From assembly GCA_010909165.1 (NCBI GenBank), contig MU008181.1, positions 186,001 through 250,000 on the forward strand: a DNA stretch of 64,000 nucleotides, given 5' to 3'. This document shows, one piece after another, positions 59,559-64,000 of the stretch (position 1 is the first letter of the stretch; every line of letters begins with the position of its first letter). The notes under the pieces were generated by a model. It had not been told where the DNA came from. It saw only the letters and a list, made by a program, of their open reading frames with translations, and did not search any database. Source of the stretch: Anthoceros angustus (Eukaryota; Plantae; Anthocerotophyta). A program made the translations under genes and the position numbers.

Positions 59559-61574
59559 CTGTGCCGAACCTGCTCCATCACACATCCACAAAATCATACG
59601 AGGACGCAAGCTTCGGGCATGGCATATCAACCCCTCCCCTAACATGCAAGCTTCGGGCAAATTTCTCATCCAACAAAACAAGTGCTCACCATCCAGCACC
59701 CGCCGTGTCTGGCTCCCTCCATCCTCCGCAATTTGTTTGGACAATCTCGTCAAGGCAATTCCCCACGTTCTCATGTCAAAAACACTCACACAGCCTGCCT
59801 GCCTGCCTGCCTGCGCGATTGCTTGCTTCAAAATCTGCGAGACGAGAACAGAGACTGCAGTCGGATTGAAATTCCGCACCACCTCAAATCCAAGAAGAGG
59901 AAACAGAACCGTCGCAAACGCCAATCGCCTACCTCTCCACAACTTCAGAAGCGGAGGCCTGAGACGATGGTGCACAAGCCAGCAGCTCACGCTGTGCTCC
60001 CACTGGCTGGAATGGTGGTTATCCGGAATCCCGCTGGCTCACGCTGCCCGCGAGCTGGGAGGAGCGGACGAGTGGAAGACACGCCTCGTCTCGGTCGGGC
60101 AGCGATGGGGAGGACCCGAGAGGGAGCGAGCCAGAGGAGGGAGCCCAGGTTCCAACACCGGGGCAGAGGCTGCCAGTGTCGCTTCTCCGGGACTTCAAAA
60201 CCTGGGCTTCAGAGACTCCCACGCCTGTGCAGTACATACATTCATTGACTAGTTTAGGCGACCATACACGGATGATCGAGGCAAGGCAGGACAGCCGGCA
60301 CAAACCCACGCCCCTGCACCGGCACCGGCGCCGGCGCGGCGCCGGCACCCGCACCGGCGGGGAGCCACCGGGCTATACGGGCTCCAAGGGGCGCTTGGCG
60401 GGCTTTGGGGCGGGGAGCGGCTAGACTGGGCGCGGCGCCACGCCGACGGGACACCGACGGTGGAGCGTGGCGGGCCGGGGAGATCTGTCTCGGTTTGCCT
60501 GGGCTGGAGTCCGACTGTTGCTCCCAGCGCTCGGTCCCGAGTGCCGCCCACATCTCCCGGGATCTTCCCTATCCGAATTCCCGCTTCCTGCGCCTGATAA
60601 TAAACCTTTGGGATAATCCAGCTGGAGGTGATTATATATTACGTACTGTCGGATAGGATATGTGGGAATAATGTGTACATGGACTAGGACTTTGACTGAG
60701 GTATATACTGTGATTCGTGAATATGTGAATGAGAGGCACGTATGTGCTGGTCAAGTATGTCTGTCAGGAGAGACCGACCTCTTGTCCTGCCCAGTCATCA
60801 GTCGTTTGCCTGCAGATATGCGGTCCGGGAGTCAGGAAGAGGAAATAGAAAAGAGGAGTACTGTCCCGGGTCCCCAAGTTTGAAAGCGGGCAATAAAAGA
60901 TGAGCAGGCATTGCGATTCCACAGCACCCCGAGCAGTGAATGCTATGCGCTCTCATCACCCATGTCTGGTACAGCACAGGGCTCGCTCTCATGTCTTTGC
61001 CACCAGGCTTTCAAGCCGAAAGAGATTGTGGGTGGTGGGCTCTGCCCATCCTGCCCCGTTCTACCCACCAGCACTTCTGCAAAGTCTCGACGTAAAGCAC
61101 GTAACGACCGAAGCAGCAGGAGTGAATTCAATGTCTCGTCTCAGTGACCAACATGAGAGGAAGCCAGGTTTTGTGGACCATGGGGGTTCTAGTTTAGTGC
61201 TCTCTCCGTCACCAACTGCGGAGATTCCCCAACTTAGGAAACGCCTTCTGTCAGTCAGGCTTTCACGCTCATTTTCTGCACTTTCTGACTCCTGCTGGCA
61301 TGAATTCACACGTGTTTCATGCTTCTAACATCCATGGAGAAACTTCAAGAATACTCGACTGATGAGAGAGCCTCGTTCTGGAAGGCTTTGCTCCAAGAGG
61401 ACGCTTGAGCATCTTTCTGTAATCAAGGCGAGAAAACTTCTTGGCCGCTGGATCACTGGCATGTACACACGTACCTTGTGTTGACTGCAACGGAGACAAG
61501 AAAGGCGGATGAAATTCCAGGCTCCGCATATGCTTCTTGGTCCATGCATACTGCATCAAGAGGATTTTGTGACA

Positions 61575-61780
61575 CTTCTCTACAAAATTACAGAAATGCT
61601 GAAACAACTTCTCCACAAAAATACAAAAATGCTGAAACAACTTCTCTACAAAATTGAAAGGCTCAAGTTGATATGGCACTTCCATCTGCATCAAACCCTC
61701 TTTCCTTTGGAAGGAGTGGACAACAGAAATCAACACAACTAGGCGCAAGGAGTGGACAACAGAAATCAACCCAACTAGGC
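61575..61780. repeat. Short tandem repeats: ~33-bp unit x3 and 36-bp unit x2
   Basis: aaatgctgaaacaacttctc(c/t)acaaaa.. and aaggagtggacaacagaaatcaac(a/c)caactaggcgc. Confidence 0.85.
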
Positions 61781-61984
61781 GCATCATACAAACACGGGTC
61801 ACACGGGTCCAAAATTGAACAATCGAAATCAACCCACCAAGCTTTGCGAGAGTTCAGTCCGGAAGGCAACAGAGATAATTAAAAGAATGTGGAGGAGTCC
61901 CTCACTTGTCAAATCACAAAATTGGCCAAGCTGGAACGCCCGTTCTACATCTGACAATCTGTCTAACCGTGAACTGAACCTAAT

Positions 61985-63400
61985 CTACAGTTCATCGTGA
62001 ACCTCACCCAGAGACTCCTCCTGTCCAAGAACCGAGTCAATCTCCTGCACGGCAGCCTCTGCTGCTTCAGCCTTTTCTTCCGGGAGGAGTTCCTCTTCAT
62101 CTTCCTCATCATCGTCGTCATCCTTGTTGGCTTCCACCTCGGCCTTTCTCTTGGCCTCTTCTTCCTCCTCAACCTTCTTCTCGGCCTCAAACTTCGGCTT
62201 CCACGTCTCGTCCCTGATCTTTCTGGCCACCTCCTCGTCATCCGCGATCAAGATGTTGTCAAACAAGATGTCCTTCTGCATCGTCCAGATCTCGATTGCC
62301 ACCGCGGTGACGGGCTCCAGCGACGGCTTCTCGAGCTCGAAGTAGTCGGGGTTGGGAATCTGCTGGGGTGCCCACTTGCCCTTGTACGCAGGGTTCTCGA
62401 TGAGCGGAGCCTTCCACTTACCCTTGTACGCAGGGTTCTTCTTCAGCGGCCTCCTCCACTGTCCGCAGCCGGGTGCTTCGGCACACTTGGGGTTAGCCAC
62501 CTTCGGCGGCTCCCACACGCCATCCTCCTCGTCATCCCAGTCCTCCGGCTTCACAGCCTCCTCATCGTCCACCTCATCGGGCTCATCATCCAGCCATCCC
62601 TCCGGCTTAACCGCCTCCTCATCCGCAACCTCCCTAGGCGCCTCCTCGTCCCAGTCCTCCGGCTTGCTCGCCTCGGGATCCGGAATCTTGGCCCGCTCAT
62701 CCCAGTCCTCCGGCTTCTTGTCCTCCGGATCAGGAATAGTGGCGGGAGGAATGACAGCCGGCTTGAAGTCGGTCTGAGACAGCAGATCCGCCGTCTTCTT
62801 CACCTCCCCGTCCACCAGAATGCTCACGCTGTGGTTCCCATGCAGCACCGCCGTATACACATGCGACAGCTTGTCTCCGGCCGGCACCGGGGGATTGGCC
62901 AGGTGGTGCTCCACCACCTCCCCGGTCTTCGGGTTCTTGTGCCGGAAGATGAAGTGCACCTTGTTCGTAGACCCGCACTTGTCCGGCCCGAACATGACGC
63001 TGTAAGGCGACGAGTTGTCGAGCAGCGAGGGCTTCCACCCCGCGGCCTGCGGCTCCAAGAACTTGAGGTACGCCCCTCCGCATTGCAGCCCGCTCTGCAG
63101 CCGCACGTCATACTGCAACACCACGGTCCCCTCCCCGAACACCACCTTCTCCGGCACCTCCACGGCTATGGCGTGCTTCCTGGCCACGTCGTTGGCCAGA
63201 AGGCCGTAATCCTCGTGCCCCTTGCTGGCCTCGTGCTTCCACGTTCCCTCGTACTCCGCCTTCTCGGACGGCACCCAGCGGCCCTCCCACGTCTCGTCGA
63301 AGGGCTCGTAGAACGCCGGCCCCGCCCCGGCCACCGCGACCGCAGCGGCAGCCAGGCACAGCAGCAGCTGATGCATCATAGTCACGCTCCGCCGAGCCAT
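61985..63400 (-). CDS. Calnexin-type ER lectin chaperone, intronless, ~471 aa, no transmembrane domain, acidic tail ending HDEL
   Basis: Signal peptide MARRSVTMMHQLLLCLAAAAVAVAGAG. Calnexin-specific lumenal sequence LQYDVRLQSGLQCGGAYLKFL, MFGPDKCGSTNKVHFIFRHKNPK, P-domain IPDPEDKKPEDWDE repeats, CAEAPGCG, EIWTMQKDILFDNILI. Then KFEAEKKVEEEEE...DDDDDEEDEEE...GEVHDEL*. Confidence 0.92.
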   Translation of the reverse strand: MARRSVTMMHQLLLCLAAAAVAVAGAGPAFYEPFDETWEGRWVPSEKAEYEGTWKHEASKGHEDYGLLANDVARKHAIAVEVPEKVVFGEGTVVLQYDVRLQSGLQCGGAYLKFLEPQAAGWKPSLLDNSSPYSVMFGPDKCGSTNKVHFIFRHKNPKTGEVVEHHLANPPVPAGDKLSHVYTAVLHGNHSVSILVDGEVKKTADLLSQTDFKPAVIPPATIPDPEDKKPEDWDERAKIPDPEASKPEDWDEEAPREVADEEAVKPEGWLDDEPDEVDDEEAVKPEDWDDEEDGVWEPPKVANPKCAEAPGCGQWRRPLKKNPAYKGKWKAPLIENPAYKGKWAPQQIPNPDYFELEKPSLEPVTAVAIEIWTMQKDILFDNILIADDEEVARKIRDETWKPKFEAEKKVEEEEEAKRKAEVEANKDDDDDEEDEEELLPEEKAEAAEAAVQEIDSVLGQEESLGEVHDEL

Positions 63401-64000
63401 GGCTGGCGTCCTCGCAGCTCTCTCGCACAGGGCAGCCCCGCGTCGCAATCCTCGCCCTCGGGCCCGGGCCTCGCAGGGAGAAGCTGGCGGAAAGATAGCG
63501 GCAGCTGGCGAGGAGTCAGTGGTGACGCGCCCCGACCCTAAGATGAGCTCGTCAAGCCATGCATACATGTAGCATGCATTGCCCCGATATCGAGCAAAGG
63601 CAAAGAAGCTCCCAGAACCCGGAAACCGAGAACGCGACCCTGGTTGGTGGCCGCCTTGCCCTAACTCTCTCCCATAACGTGGATTCCACGTACCCTCTCC
63701 CTTTGTCTCGTCAAGGGGATCACGCCAAGCACGCCTCGGCCCCATCCGGCGACCGTCCCTCGACCACGCTCGAGTACCTGCATCAGATTCCACAGATCAA
63801 TCTCACATGGCTGTTGTGATTGTCCCGTAACGGGTTTTTCTTGGGCTTTCTCTTGCTCCTGCTCGGCTTATTTGCCCGCTATGTGATTGTTTGATTGACG
63901 ACACCCTTGTTGAGTGTGGGTATGCGTTCAGGAGACGGAATATGCTCCCGTCACACCAACACGATTCCGGAAGCCGAGCGAAACGAATCGCCGGAACAGC

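Noticed and set aside
59559-59990. N-terminal extension of the 294-aa ORF containing the GDU-like protein
   Set aside because: It starts at a non-ATG codon, lacks family similarity and resembles 5' UTR or intron sequence; GDU proteins are ~150 aa.
61317-61832. 171-aa minus-strand ORF with a hydrophobic stretch as a possible alternative calnexin transmembrane exon
   Set aside because: The hydrophobicity comes from a 36-bp tandem repeat, there is no similarity to calnexin TM/cytosolic tails, and no convincing splice pair was found.
61997-63541. 514-aa ORF antisense to calnexin, and other long antisense ORFs over the PPR, NOG1 and MDN1 exons
   Set aside because: Shadow ORFs caused by GC-rich codon bias and repeat periodicity; no recognisable motifs.
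63401-63793. 131-aa N-terminal extension of the calnexin ORF
   Set aside because: The signal peptide begins at the ATG at 63400; the upstream part is low-complexity and looks like open 5' UTR.

Overview
Eukaryotic, intron-containing land-plant nuclear DNA. It is most likely from a hornwort, inferred from the KPAxA/GRP-type DYW domains and short introns; a fern or lycophyte is not excluded. Contents in order: (1) 1-7.6 kb, a jumbled mosaic of an anther-specific-type chalcone-synthase-like type III PKS (+) and a WAT1/UMAMIT-like EamA transporter (-), with midasin pieces spliced in, probably partly an assembly artefact; (2) a 24.5-kb multi-exon midasin/MDN1 gene (-); (3) a repeat-rich intergenic block with a TA-flanked Tc1/mariner-type non-autonomous element; (4) three intronless PLS-class PPR genes (-) ending in DYW:KP (GRP-type, candidate U-to-C editing) domains, with a NOG1 GTPase gene (+) between the second and third; (5) a GLUTAMINE DUMPER-like small membrane protein gene (-); (6) an intronless calnexin-type gene (-). 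Two observations stand out. All three PPR-DYW:KP proteins carry, ahead of the PPR array, a motif matching the PDF motif of plant organellar ssDNA-binding OSB proteins. The calnexin lacks its transmembrane anchor and ends in an acidic tail plus HDEL, like calreticulin. All identifications are by-eye recognition from memory; no database searches were run.
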